Below, piece by piece: positions 25,581 to 38,756 of a stretch of DNA of 64,000 bases (position 1 is its first letter; each line of letters starts with the position of its first letter). Source of the stretch: Octopus bimaculoides (lineage: Eukaryota); the NCBI RefSeq assembly GCF_001194135.2, contig NC_068983.1, positions 1,929,583-1,993,582 on the forward strand, given 5' to 3'. The position numbers and the translations under genes were made by a program. The notes beneath the pieces are model-generated. The model was not told the DNA's origin, searched no databases, and was given only the letters and a program-made list of their open reading frames with translations.

Positions 25581-26571
25581 CAGGGGTTTGACAAAATAAT
25601 GGAAACACCTACCCTCATAGTATCATAATTTTCAAATATCTATAAAACGGTCATTTATTTTTATGGTTTTTGATTTATTATCAGTGTTGCTTAATATGTT
25701 TTGCTAAAATTGCTGTTTCTCTTCAGATATCATCAGAAAAAGGTAATTATATTTCATTAAAATGACAGATATATCGGCCTTTCAAAGAGGTCAAATTGTT
25801 GGTGCTCGTATGGCAGGCGCTAGCGTAAGGAAAACAGCCGATATGTTTGGTGTATCAAGAATTACTCTCTCGAAAATAATGACAGCTTTGAGAATGTGGG
25901 GGAAAACTACTTGCCGAAACAAAACTCCGGAAGAAAACCAAAACTTCGGATCTTCGGACACTTACGCAAATAGTTAGAAAGGATCACAAAAGTACCACTT
26001 CGAGAACCCAGTTTCCACAAAAACTATTCGCCGGGAGCTTCACAAAGGCGGATTTCATGGGAGGGCTGTAATCAGAAACCACTACTTTCAAAAACAAATG
26101 TTTCAAACCGTTTAGAGTGGACTGAAAACCTATAGAATTGGTCCCTAGAGCAGTGGAAGAATGTTATTTTCTCGGACGAGTCATCCTTTACCTTATTTCC
26201 GACCACCGGCCGAATATACGTGTGGAGTTAGCCAAAAGAAACATTTGACCCAGATTGCCGAATATTTAAGCATTTTATCGGATTAAATTCATACTATGGT
26301 TGCGGAACTGTTTCTGGAGGGAAACGCAATATTTCAGCATGATAATGCACCAATTCACACAGCTGAATTTGTTACTGAATGGTGCATTTTAGAAAAGCAA
26401 TTAAGGAATCGAGAACTGGAGACCTTTGTAGCTGGAAAGGATTCAAACTTTGTACGAGTCCATACATCATAGAATTCAAGCTATAATTACTGCCAACTGC
26501 GGTCCTACCCCATATTAAAATTGATTTTGTTTCAAATTTTAAAGTGTTTTCATTATTTCGTCTAACCCCTG
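25581..26571 (+). mobile_element. Tc1-family DNA transposon, internally deleted, with TIRs and TA target duplication
   Basis: TA|CAGGGGTTTGACAAAATAATGGAAACAC ... GTGTTTTCATTATTTCGTCTAACCCCTG|TA (28 bp imperfect TIRs). HTH region MTDISAFQRGQIVGARMAGAS, WKNVIFSDESSF and FQHDNAPIH are present; the SPDLNPIE region is missing. Confidence 0.93.
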
Positions 26572-28566
26572 TATATCTTTTCTTTTAAATGATTTACTAG
26601 CTTTAAATCATTTTCTGATCATAGACTCCAAATCGTCTTCTGTTGATGGACAGTAGTGGACCGTTTTGTGTCTACACAGTTTATAATGTAATTCTGTTTC
26701 CAATTTAGGTAATGGTTTAATGTGATTCCCTTTAAACATTCCTCCATTTCTATATAAAGTAAATATTTCTATCTGTTTCTCTTATATTCATTTGCATTAT
26801 CACCAGTCGTTTTACCGATCAATGTTGTCCTAGAGCCTGCTTTGCTAGAGTTAGATTACTTGCTGTTAGGTTCTACGAACGATTCATTGTGGCTGGTTGG
26901 TCTAACAAACAAATAAGTTTTCCCTAGTATCCGTCCATTATTTTCTATTATCGATTTTGGTCTATGAAAATTAAATTACAAATCTTCACATTTTTCTTCA
27001 AACTGTCTCGTAGACACTAATCAGTAATAGGAGTTTCCGGCAAAATTTCGTCCAATATTGGTTTTCACAAACCATTAAAATTCTATTATTATTTTTATAA
27101 TTACGTTTTACCGATCTGTAACCGCTGAAGTTTAAGGTGTCCGTTTCTCCTTTATATGGCTTCAGTATTGGTTACAAATGGCTAGTAATAATACCTTTCT
27201 AATGTTTTTATTTATCTCAAATTCTTCACGAAACGTACTAGAAATATTCTGCTACGTTTCCTTCCTTATTGGTGTATTTACAGCACCATATTTTCGTAAT
27301 CATTCGAGGAATTCCCATCTATCATGTGTCATTGACATTGAATTTACATCAGCAGCTTTTCTTTCTAGATTCTTCAAAGAAATAATTTTTGAATTATTTT
27401 AAGTTTGTTCTAAGGAACCAATTGTTTATACTTAATTTACATTTGCTGTAAATTATACATAACTATGTGAGGCTTTGCTTCCTCAGCAATGCTCCATTGT
27501 ATTATGACGTGTCTTCGCCTCAGTTGTAAAACGGCAATATATATACTGCTCCCTTCGCGGTACATGCAGGGATTCTTATTGTTAAAAACACATAATGTCC
27601 CTAGAATCTGTTGTTCTGACGTTTACGCTATACAATACTTCTGACTGCTATTATAAATGTACAGCTGCATTTATGTGGTAATACTGCTGTTATTATACAA
27701 TCCTTTCGATTGTTATTGAATATTTATTACCTTATCCAAATTAATTTATTGAACTTATTTGAATTTTATAGATCATTTTATGGAATTTACGTATCTGTGA
27801 AACGGTAAAATGTTTTCTCCCCAGTATCTGAACATTCTTTGTGGAAAAGTTTTCTTTCGCTATGGAATATCATGTGTTCATCTTGTTTCAAGTTTTAGTA
27901 TTTTGGTATGAATAACTTGCTCTGTGCACTTTAATTGATCTTTGAAGCTCTTGTGAAGTTTTATTAAATGTTTCTTTATTTGATCATAGTGCTGATGCAC
28001 TTCTATTAATATCATACATGGAATATTTCTTTGTAGGGACGATGTTTGCAGTATTTATATATGTATATACTTTCCTTCGCTAGCTTTACGATAGGCATGG
28101 CATTTTTCTGTGGGTAAATAATGTTTTATTCTAATTGCTTTTCATACAACCGTTCATACAACTATAACTCCACCTCCATTTTTAATAAGCTTGATTTGAC
28201 GATGTATAGCATATTTTAAATCTAGACAAATATTAAATTTTCCAGCTGTCAGAGATAACCATGGCTACATAGAAAAGTTAATTTCCGTGTAATTAATATA
28301 ACACGAGTTATATTCATGACAGCGTTAATTATAATTTTTTTTTTATTCTAAGGGTTTTCTATCAAATCCTTAAGCGGTTGGTGGGTTATATTCTAAAATT
28401 TTGTACAGTCAACTTTTACTAAATTTTTTTTTTCACACTTCATAAAATCGGAATTAACTCACTAGTACTGGTCCACCACAGGAGTGTCTGTTTTGAGTCC
28501 AGCATATCTCTAACAAGTACGCCCAGTTTAACTCCGTGTTTAGGCTTCATCATTAAAATTGTTATA

Positions 28567-29041
28567 TATAACCACCACTCAGCAACCGTTATTGTTTAGT
28601 CTACGTATACGTTACTTAATATTTCCGTAACAAAAACCGAAAAAGTTTCAGGCTTCAAATAAGAACTGAGTTTTGTCCGTTCGGTAAAAGCTGTTCAGAT
28701 TTATAACTGACACAAGTAAAAGATAAAAGAGAAATGTGTGTGTGAGTGAGTGAATGTGTGTGTGTGTCTGTGTGTGTTACAGCTTTGCTCACCATGCAAA
28801 GAAAGACTACGTCTTTGCATGGTGAGCAAAGCTGTAACACACACAGACACACATTCACTCACTCACACACACATTTCTCTTTTAGCTTTTACTTGTGTCA
28901 GTTATAAATCTGAACAGCTTTTACCGAACGGACAAAACTCAGTTCTTATTTGAAGCCTGAAACTTTTTCGGTTTTTGTTACGGAAATATTAAGTAACGGA
29001 TACGTAGACTAAACAATAACGGTTGCTGAGTGGTGGTTATA
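28567..29041. repeat. Near-perfect palindrome, ~235 bp arms, 9 bp loop
   Basis: Arms 28567-28802 and 28812-29041; by eye they differ by only two substitutions and one (TG)3 length difference. Confidence 0.97.
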
Positions 29042-29056
29042 CATCTATATAATGTA

Positions 29057-30858
29057 CCAGCAGTATAGCACGGCGTTGCTCAGGATTAAGCTATGATTAT
29101 TAAGTGATCAAGCGCTTTATTTCAAAGCAAAATAAGTGACACCGACATCAAATTTGAGCGAAATCTGTTGAAATTGGTAAACGTTTGTCTGAAAATGGGT
29201 TGCAGCAATTTGATTGGGAAATTCCATGAGGAATCGGTTTATCGATTATTTCCACTCATCAAATGTTTTTTTTGTTTTTGAGAACTCAAAGATCGTATGA
29301 GTCCTAAGTAATGCTGGCATCAGGTTTGAGCAAAATATGTCAAAATTGGTAAAAGTTATCGTTGAAAATGGGGTGTAGCCAATTTTAGTGGGAAATCCTA
29401 TAACGAATTGGTTTATCAATTTTTTTTATCCTGACTGAATGGAAAACCCAAAATGGATGCATGCCACCGATAGTGTTTGGCCTTGGGATTTGTTGATGGA
29501 CATGGTGAAGCGTGGTCTCACCGAGAACTGCGATCTGCGGAAGTTAAACGGCATGTCTGACCCCGAGGGATAAAGCTGCATCCTTGAAACGAAAACATGT
29601 TCACCCGTTCCCGCACCCTGTAACAATGGTGGCCTGAATCAAGTGGGGCGTCAAGGACTTGGTTACTAAGCGGGTCCCGTTGCACTGATTAAGCGTGAGC
29701 AAGTTTCTGATTAGCATAACTGGGCATCCAACCCTTAGCTAAGAGTGTGAGGTGGAAGCGCTGCTGGCTCCAATGAGTTGAGATAATCGATAGGGTAATT
29801 GACAATGTCTTGTGGGTGAGATGTCCGGTCAATCGATTTGTAAATGCGCTCCTCACCTGGAATTAGGCTTATGAACCAGTCATTGATAGCATTGACAGCT
29901 ACGTTTTGTGGGGTCAGGATGGTTCTTTCACTGAGCCAATTGGTGTCTGCATAGTTATTTTCCAGATTGGGGAACATTGTTTCCAAAGGATCGGAAGGAT
30001 TGTCCACAGTGTTGCACAGTTCAGAGATGGATATGCCGCCCCTATCATTCCTAGGGACCTTGCCTTCTCCAAGGGCTAAAATGCTTTCATCAAATGCTGC
30101 AGACATGCTATCACCAAGCAAGTGCGCATGTTTGTTTGTGCTTAGGCTTAAAGTCTTAACCTGGGGCCATAAAGTGGATGAGTTAACGCATGCGCACACC
30201 TCATCAGCCCGGCTCCCTTTAGGGATGACAGGAAGGGTTTGCCGGAAATCTCCTGAAAGCAATAGTTATACCACCCATAGAAGCTGTAGAATCCTTGATT
30301 CCTTTCAGTGATCGGTCTAGTGCCTCAAGGGCACCCTTATTGGTCATTGTGCATTCGTCCCATACAATGAGACGGCACTGTCTAAGAACTTGAACTTGAA
30401 CTTGCTCTGAATTTTTACCAATGTTGGAAGTAGCCCTCACCAAATCTAAAGGCAGCTTGAATGCCGAATGCGCCGTCCTACCTCCCGGCAACAACGTAAT
30501 AGCAATTCCTGAGGAAGCAACGGCTGGCACAATTTGTTTCTCGCGACGAATCTTACTAAGTATTAATTGTGTTACAAAGGATTTGCTCGTACCTCCAGGA
30601 GCATCGAGGAAAAAAAATGCCGGCCGCCTGTTTTTCAATGGCACTGACGACAGATTCATACAGCAGCCTCTGATCAGGGGTCAATTTCGGTTCATTTACC
30701 CTCAGGTACTCCGCAAGGCTATCAGCGTCATATGACAACTCCAGAAGTAACTTTGGTGGGAGTGTGTTAACGACCTGTCGCAATGAGGATGGCAAACCGA
30801 ATGTGTTCAACGCTGCCCCACCCATTTTGAGCTGGACATCCTCGATTTCAATCAGCAC
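29057..30858 (-). mobile_element. Helitron remnant: 3' terminus plus Pif1 helicase region (5' end not found)
   Basis: Minus-strand 3' end AGCAACGCCGTGCTATACTGCTGG|T at 29057 (hairpin plus CTRR); a tandem ~180 bp subterminal repeat at ~29130-29430; helicase ORF pieces at 29426-30858. Confidence 0.85.
29426..30858 (-). pseudogene. Helitron RepHel helicase (Pif1 family), frameshifted
   Basis: FFLDAPGGTSKSF (Walker A, G to S), AVASSGIA.TLLPGGRTAHSAFKLPL, IVWDECTM (Walker B), LSGDFRQTLPVIP, FRRSQF...MSINKSQGQTL, spread over four frames. Confidence 0.95.
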
Positions 30859-30890
30859 ATCTCTCTCTCTCTCCCCCTCTCTCTCTCCCC

Positions 30891-30921
<31 letters not shown>

Positions 30922-31109
30922 ACTTCGTTATGGCATGAATGGACTTAGCTCATGTTGGCAAACTTTAAAATTGATAAAAGGTATGGCTGGAAATCGATTT
31001 CTACCGCTATCCGTGGGTACCTCGGGAAAAATAATGTGATGAAAATACAGCTAGCGGCATGGCTGCTAATGTGTGGACGTGCATAAATTACTTTCACGTA
31101 CACATACAG

Positions 31110-31142
<33 letters not shown>

Positions 31143-31148
31143 AATAAA

Positions 31149-31182
<34 letters not shown>

Positions 31183-31311
31183 AACATAATAATAATACAA
31201 TGACAACAAAAGATTGAGACCTCATTATTAGGTAAATAGAGGAATTTATATATGCATAGTTTAGGACAATCAGTAAGTCCTATTATGACAACTTACTGAT
31301 TGTCTTATACT

Positions 31312-31346
<35 letters not shown>

Positions 31347-33199
31347 CATGTAAACGGTGAGCTTCTTTCAGTTTCCTTCTACGAAATCCACTCACAACTA
31401 TTTAGTCGAGACGGAGGTATACTAGAAGACCCTTGCCCAATGTGCTATGCAATGGGATTGAAGATGGAACTATGTGCTTTGGAGTACAGCCTCTTATCAT
31501 CATATGGAAACACCGAGAGGGATACTTTTCTCGAAGAACTCTCAAACTATGAAAATATCTTTTCAGGTTATGCAAAAGGTGCTGGCTCTCCATATATATA
31601 ACTTTTCTGCGGCATAAACCTTCTTAGGATATTCTTTCTCATTATTATTATTAGTATTTCAAGTTTTATTTCGCTATATTTCTTGTTAGCTTGTACACAT
31701 GTACCGTTAAGTATATTTGTATGATGTTTTGCCGCCGATCAAATAAAAAATATGAAATATTGAGTTACTGTGGTATGTTACTGGCTGATTTCGCTCCCAA
31801 TTCTATTTCATCAATTAGAATTCAAGTTTGGAATTTACTTTTAACTATGCCAGTTTTTTTGCCAAATACACTGTATTTGGCCTACACCCTGCTAGCAATA
31901 CGACGTAGGAGGTTGTGTTGCTCTATAAAGTGTTTCATATCTATTTTTATGTTTGATGGAGTAAATGGGCTTAGATATCCTTCTTATGCGTTTTATTATC
32001 ATTAAATTTGTATTCCGTAACATTCCTACGTTGTCTCTGCGCAGATTGTTTGCCAGTCTACACCAATCCTGTTTCTTTCTTTCTCATTCATTTTAAATCC
32101 CTTGCACTTCCCTCTTGTATCATTCTGTATTTCTCATTCTTGTATCTCTTTTTATCGACCACAAAATTCAATCAGCTTCTTTACTCCTTCTTCCAATCTT
32201 TTACATTAATTCTATGATCATAATGAAAACGATTGTTTCTTTCATTAGTCATTTTCTAATATCCTTCCCACAAACTTTACATTTCTGTTACGTTGCCCTT
32301 TAATATTTAAACGCAGACAGCTTCATCGCAGCTTCCTTAACTTTCAATAGACCAAATCAAATCCATATGTACAACCAAGATTATGATTAAAAACTATACA
32401 CCGTAAAATAGATGCGACAAGATGACCGCTCAGAGCCGGCAGCATGAAATTGTTTTCGTCCAGTATCAAATTATTTACGCTTCTATATCATGCATATAAG
32501 ACGATTTTAAATTATCTTATCAATATAAATGAATAAAGAAGCACTATTATAAAATTATAATAAAAAAAGTTTACAGTCTATACAAACACATCTTTTAAAT
32601 ATTAAAATATATAAACTACAACATCCTAGAATATCCAAATTCGGCAAACGCTCTGAGGTCAAGAATGAATATGAGACCGAAAAATTTTGAAATCAAAGCG
32701 CAGGCGATGAAACTAATAACAACTGAATTGCTTTGAAATAATGTCTTTTTTTAATTTTTTATCGTGCATGTTCATAATATATGTCTTGAAAGCTGTCTTA
32801 GAAGCCTGTTGTGTACAAAACCTTTCAATAACTCCTTTTTTGCAGCAGATTTTTAATATAAACAGATATGCATTTCAGTAGGCTAATAGAAATTAATCAA
32901 AATTCGTTACACGTGATTTCAATTTACTGTACTTTAAAAAGAAAATTGTGGGTAGGGGGATATTTTGCTAATCAATTTTCGTTCTTCGACATTTGCTGAT
33001 ATGCAGCAATCGACGACATCTTATTTAAGGACATTTTGATATGAAACGACATTGATTAATCTTGGAACATATTAGCTCACGATTTTTTTTTCAATATTCC
33101 ATTTCATAAAATACAAAATTAAGTTTAAACGTAAATTCTGAGTTGCCAAAGTCGTGGAAACATTAAGTCAAATACTCGCATACACACACGCATATATAT

Positions 33200-33345
33200 A
33201 TACACGGGCTTCTTTCAGTTTCTAACTACTAAATCCACTCACACTAATGAGGCAATAGTAGAAGATACTTGCCCAAAGTGCCACACAGTGGGACTGAACT
33301 AGCAACCATGTGGTTGGGGAGCAAGCTTTTTACCACACAGATACG
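33200..33345 (-). mobile_element. SINE family B, head fragment
   Basis: ACGGGCTTCTTTCAGTTTC...AAATCCACTCAC...GAAGATACTTGCCCAAAGTGCCACACAGTGGGACTGAAC...ACCATGTGGTTGGGGAGCAAGC. Confidence 0.8.
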
Positions 33346-33346
33346 C

Positions 33347-33397
<51 letters not shown>

Positions 33398-33434
33398 TGT
33401 GTGTGTGTGCGTGTGCGTGTGCGTGCGTGCGTGC

Positions 33435-33484
<50 letters not shown>

Positions 33485-36400
33485 AAATATATATATGATT
33501 GCATATGTGAACATATACATGCAATTATATATGCATAATTAATTGCCCTCTGTGAAAGGAAAATAATTTTTAATCATTTAGATTAATTTGTATTCAGAAG
33601 CCGGTTCTATCATAGAACATTACTTAGAAAAGATATGAATAACTAAATGAAAACATGCAACGGTGAGAGATTTTGAACTCTGGCAGTAATGGTTACATTA
33701 GCGGGGTTGTTTTTCTTCCTATTGTACATCCTGCGCACAGCCTTGTTACAATGGAAGCATATATGAACACCTAATAGGTCTATGTCTGTGAAAATAAATG
33801 AAAAGAAAATGTGCCTGGATTCGGTTTTTGGCGGATAGTCTCCTCCTGATTAACGGAGAAATAAATACTTAGATAATGAATCTTTAACTATAATATATGA
33901 AGATGATATTAGCAATGAAGAAAAAATTGCGATAACGTATACATGTATATACAATTATAAGCATGCCTGGTCAAGATGTCGTATGAATGACAGTTAAGTC
34001 ATTTAAACAAGCGTCTGATTACTGATAGCTAAGTGAATAGTAGTGCACGTGAGGCGCACAAAAGAGGTTGTTTAAAGCTTTAGAGTAAATTTGTCTGCAA
34101 TGTGTGCGCATGTGAATGGTTGGCAAATAACTGTAAAAAGCGAAAACGGATCATTGCTGATATAATCTACGAATTCGACACGGAACCAATAATAAAGGTG
34201 CATGCTAAAAGGCGGTCGAAGCGTCTTATACAAACGTCTCTTTTGCCCTCCAAGAAAATAAATGCCCAGTTTTTGAGAACACACACGTTAATACATTAGA
34301 GTATACATACATGATTGTAGGCTTGCATACACAACAGATGTCTGTGTGAGAGAGAGGAGGGTATCAATCGATCGATAGATAGATTGATTCGCTAAAATTT
34401 ATATAGTGTGTCCCGAGAATAAAAAGCTCCAATTAAACACGTACAATCTTCCTCTCCCTTTTTCCTTCTTTCTCGCTCTAATACTTTCTTCCATTATTTC
34501 TTTCAAACTATTTTTCCTTTATTTCGCTCTTCTTCCAGTTACAATTCATTTCATTGGTTTTATATATTTCAAACATTATTTCCTGTTGTTTGGTTACTTT
34601 TTGGTTTATTGAAATCGACTTGTTTTAGTTATTCAGATAGATTCAGAAATGCCAAGTCTTGTGAAGATTCGAATCTCTCTGGATTACTTTTATGTATATA
34701 TAATACACATACATATATATGACTTATACCGGGCTACCGGTAACATGTAATGCGGTAGAACCTGTTGCATGGTCGGGTTGTCGGCGATTAACTGGTAAAT
34801 ACACCGAGCTTGCTTGTTGAAGAGAGTGATTGTTGGACACACTTGGGAAAGAAAAGTAAAATCCGAGAAAATCCAACACTGTGTACATATATATATTTAT
34901 AATTTTCTTATGAAACACAGAGTAGAATTGTTCAAGTCGAGCTTGAGGCGTTAGATAAGTATAGTGGATAGAATGGAAACATTCAAATAAGGCAGACAAC
35001 AATTAATATGTATACATACGGGTTTAGTTAAGATAAAATAAAGATTACGTGATGTTTTGTTGCCAACTTAATGTGGATGTCCCGTGAAAGGGAAGAATGC
35101 TACTGTTATTTAGCCCTATGAAACAACGTTTGCAGTTGGCCTTGGCACATTTTCTGTGTCCTTATGTTTTCAAAGGAGGAGATTAGCACCTCCACCCTGC
35201 AAAGCCAGCATCCAGAGACTAGTTTCAGAGTCATTGCCAATCTGGAGTAGCATGGCTTGCTAGCTGTCGATGTTTATTCACATTTGAAAACATATATTTC
35301 ATGTGATATATATAAAGATTGTCCGAACTGAAACATATATTGATATATTAGAATTATATAAAAATATACAGAAATATAAAAATATATGAATACCAAAAAT
35401 ATACATGAACATATAGTTATATAGATATATAAACATATGATTTGTAGTATTTATTCTGGGTACGAAATGTGAAAATCCCACTGATGTTTAGCCTATGTCT
35501 TATCAGACGATATTTATATTCTCGAGAGAAGCGTTTATTTATAATATTAAGGAAAATATTTGAAATTTGGAAGTAGTCTTTAAACTAAATGGTAGATTAT
35601 ACCGTATAATGTTTAATTTCCTACTTTTACTTATACAGTTTTTAGGTTTATTGTTCATTCTTTGTATTCCTCCTTCGTAGACTTTGTATTTTAACACGTC
35701 ATTGGCATAATGATCCACACTCTTAAATGTGAATATACAATTATTAATGTTATAAAGTTCATTAAAGGTTATTGGACAATGGCTGAAACATTTGTAATAT
35801 TTGGTAAATTCTCGTTAGACACACTAATGGCTGTAATTTGCAATACATACATTTAGAGTTATCATTTACTAGCTAAATATATTTAAATTTGTACCTACTG
35901 CTATCACTGTAAATATACTGATAATAGCAGACCCTATTTGGCCATTTGTGCCACGCTATATCACATGCTAGACCATCTGACACAACTTAAACTCTGCAGA
36001 AAAGGTCAGAGCCTCAAGTAGAACTTGAACGTACAATCTTAACAATCCGAGTCATGATTATTATGGGTACATCAAGAAATTTCTGGCTATTAAGTTTAAT
36101 CTAAAAATGAATTATGGCCAATGATATTAATATTCGAAACTTCACGGGATTAAGATATTTACTGGATCCGCATGGCTTTTCAAGAAAAGATTTCTTTGTA
36201 GATGTCTGAAGTTTACTAAATCGAAATGCATTAACTTTTAAAACGTGCGAGTGCTCCATGTTATAAATACATTTAATAATCGATAATCTATACGTGAGGT
36301 GAATAAATGTACTCAGTGTCATAAATAATGGAACTTAAAGTATATTTTTTTGTTCCTACCTACCTCATGTCACCAGGATTTATAAATCTATATTTGGGAG

Positions 36401-36689
36401 TGTCTAGAAATTAATCACTCTGATCTTGCTAGATAATTTAATAGATCAAGTAGAGCTAAAGTTTCCACTGTATTGTTAATTGTGTTTCAGCTAAAATGTT
36501 GTTTTGCTTTTGTAGCAAGGGAGTAGTGAGTGTTAGCTTTAATTGAGTATTGATGATTTTGTAGGGAGAAGGGTGCTGTACGAATGTCTATTAGCTTTGT
36601 ACAGATGAAATCGTGATTGGTTGTTGGAAGTCACATTTCGTCGATAAAGTTCACTAAAGATATCAATCTAATATTTTATCATATATATT

Positions 36690-37100
36690 TTTACCGGTTT
36701 CAGCCATTATGTTGCATCATGCTGTGGAATGTGTTGGAGCATTTCAGTCGAACGAATAGGCCCCGGTAATTTTATTTTCAAGCCTGGAATTTACTCCATT
36801 CGTGACTTAAACGAAAATGCTAAGTTACGGGGACGTAAATGCACTAACACCGGTTATCAAACGCTGGTGAGGGACAACCACAGACACAAAGGCATAAACA
36901 CGCACACATGCACATGCACACGCACACACATACACACAACGAGCTTCTTTCAGTTTCCGCCTACAAAATCCACTCATGTCTTTGGTCGGCCCAAGGCTAC
37001 AATAGAAAACAGTTGTTCAAGGCACCACGCAGTTGGGCTGAAACCGCAATCATGTACTTGGGAAGCAAACTTCTTACCACACAGTCACATATGCCGAAGT
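36690..37100 (-). mobile_element. SINE family B, near full length
   Basis: Collinear with 42111-42541, including GCTAAGTTACGGGGACGTAAA, the internal CA tract and the tRNA-like head. Confidence 0.8.
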
Positions 37101-37644
37101 ATGTTCTATTTTAGGTAAATCCGCATTTAGCTAAATAATGACCATAAAGAGATTTGACGACATAATGCAGAATATAACAACTCATCCTAACCATTTCTTT
37201 GTATTTCATAAACATTTAGGTCCTACTGTTTAAAAGGACACACTCCAAGGGGTCATAAATTTCATGAGATCTGTCATAGAAATAGCGTTTTCATGTGTTA
37301 GAGTTGTACCAAACTCACTCTCGCTTCTATAGTCATCATAAACATTAAAATTCATTCCATTATTAAATCGAATCCATTCCGCGTTGATATGCAAGGAATT
37401 ATTCAAATGTGTAACCTAACAAAGATTTATGTCTATTGCTAAAGGGTGTGTCTTGCAAACAAATGAAAACACAAAAGAACATACACAGTGATCAGACACT
37501 TCGAAAGATATCACGCAGCCACCCTATCCAGACATAGAGATTTAAGTGCCATGACGTCAACAATTATAAAATTACTATGTTAGAAAATTTCTGTAAGAGA
37601 TGAAAGCAGTAACAATACTAGGAGGTAAAGTTTATCACCCTCTA

Positions 37645-37917
37645 AACATGGCTGTTTAGCATTTTAACCCCAGGAGGACACCTCCTCCAGCTGGTTAGTC
37701 GATGGAATCTGCACCCGATATCTATTGCAAGAAAGAAAGTGAAACACTACTATCATCCAGCGACCCTACCATCTTCCCTTCGCTGGTAGATGATAGGGGT
37801 TCGCCCCGCTGCTTGCAATATACATCATGTGGAAATTGCATTGAATAACCAGCTGGATGAGGCGTCCTCCTCGGGTTAAAATTTTAGTAGCGTCGGTTAC
37901 TACGTAACAGCCATGTT
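37645..37917. mobile_element. MITE-like fold-back, ~270 bp
   Basis: Terminal AACATGGCTGTT / AACAGCCATGTT; inner TTTTAACCCCAGGAGGACACCTCCTCCAGCTGGTTA mirrors TAACCAGCTGGATGAGGCGTCCTCCTCGGGTTAAAA; central CTATCATCCAGCGA / TCGCTGGTAGATGATAG. Confidence 0.75.
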
Positions 37918-38399
37918 GAGTTGGCGATAAACAACATTTCTCAGTATAAAATCCGCTACGTTAACGTGTACAGAATACAGCATCTTTATCTCTTGTAAAG
38001 TACAACATCCAATTACAGTGATTTGAAATTTCAAATCAAATATTGCAATGTATGAATTCTTGTAATGATATAAAAAGAAAATTATTTAGAAAATAATTTC
38101 GAGAAAAGACCTCGTCAAAATGCTGCTGACTCGCTCAAAAAAAAAAAAAAAAAAAAATTCAACACCCTCAAAAGATGGTTATTCGTTTATTCTATTATTC
38201 TTTTACTTGTTCCAGTCATGCTGGAGCACCACCTGAGAGGGTTTCAGTCGAAAAAAATCGCCCCCAATTACTTATTCTATCAATCTCTTTGCAGAACCGC
38301 TAAGTTACGGAGACGGAAACACACCAGTATCGGTTGTCAAACGATAGTGGAGGGGGACAAGCACTGACACAAACACACACACACATATATATAGTGTGT

Positions 38400-38756
38400 A
38401 GGCGCAATGACCCTGTGGTTAGGGCAGCGGACTCGCAGTCGTAGGATCGCGGTTTCGATTTCCAGAACGGGTGCTGTGAGTATTTATTGAATGAAATTAC
38501 CTAAAGCTCCACGCGACTCCAGCAGGGGTTATGGTGAACCCTACTGTACACTTTCACCAGAACTTTCTCTCTTCGTGCTTCTGTTGTACCTATATTTCAA
38601 AGGGTCAGCCTTGTCACGCTGAATCTCCCTGAGAACTTCGTTAAGGGTACACGTGTCTGTGGAGTGCTCAGCCACTTGCATGTTAATTTCACGAGCAGAC
38701 TATTCCGTTGATCGGATCAACTGGAACCCTCGTCGTCATAACCGACGGAGTGGCAC
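38400..38756 (+). mobile_element. tRNA-derived SINE, family C, full length
   Basis: Head AGGCGCAATGACCCTGTGGTTAGGGCAGCGG (A box) and GGTTTCGATTTCC (B box); homologous to 4521-4886. Confidence 0.85.

Noticed and set aside
26600-28260. Possible old DNA transposon (piggyBac-like hints) in AT-rich sequence
   Set aside because: Only vague fragments (KPILDE, HKTVHYC) were found, with no catalytic motif or TIR; a profile search such as tblastn or HMMER against transposases would be needed.
31700-32300. Possible LINE RT remnant on the minus strand
   Set aside because: Motif resemblance is too weak to support by eye.
38400-38475. tRNA genes at SINE heads (also 4815-4886, 9070-9142, 42470-42541)
   Set aside because: A and B boxes are present, but they run into SINE bodies with no complete cloverleaf; these are tRNA-derived heads.
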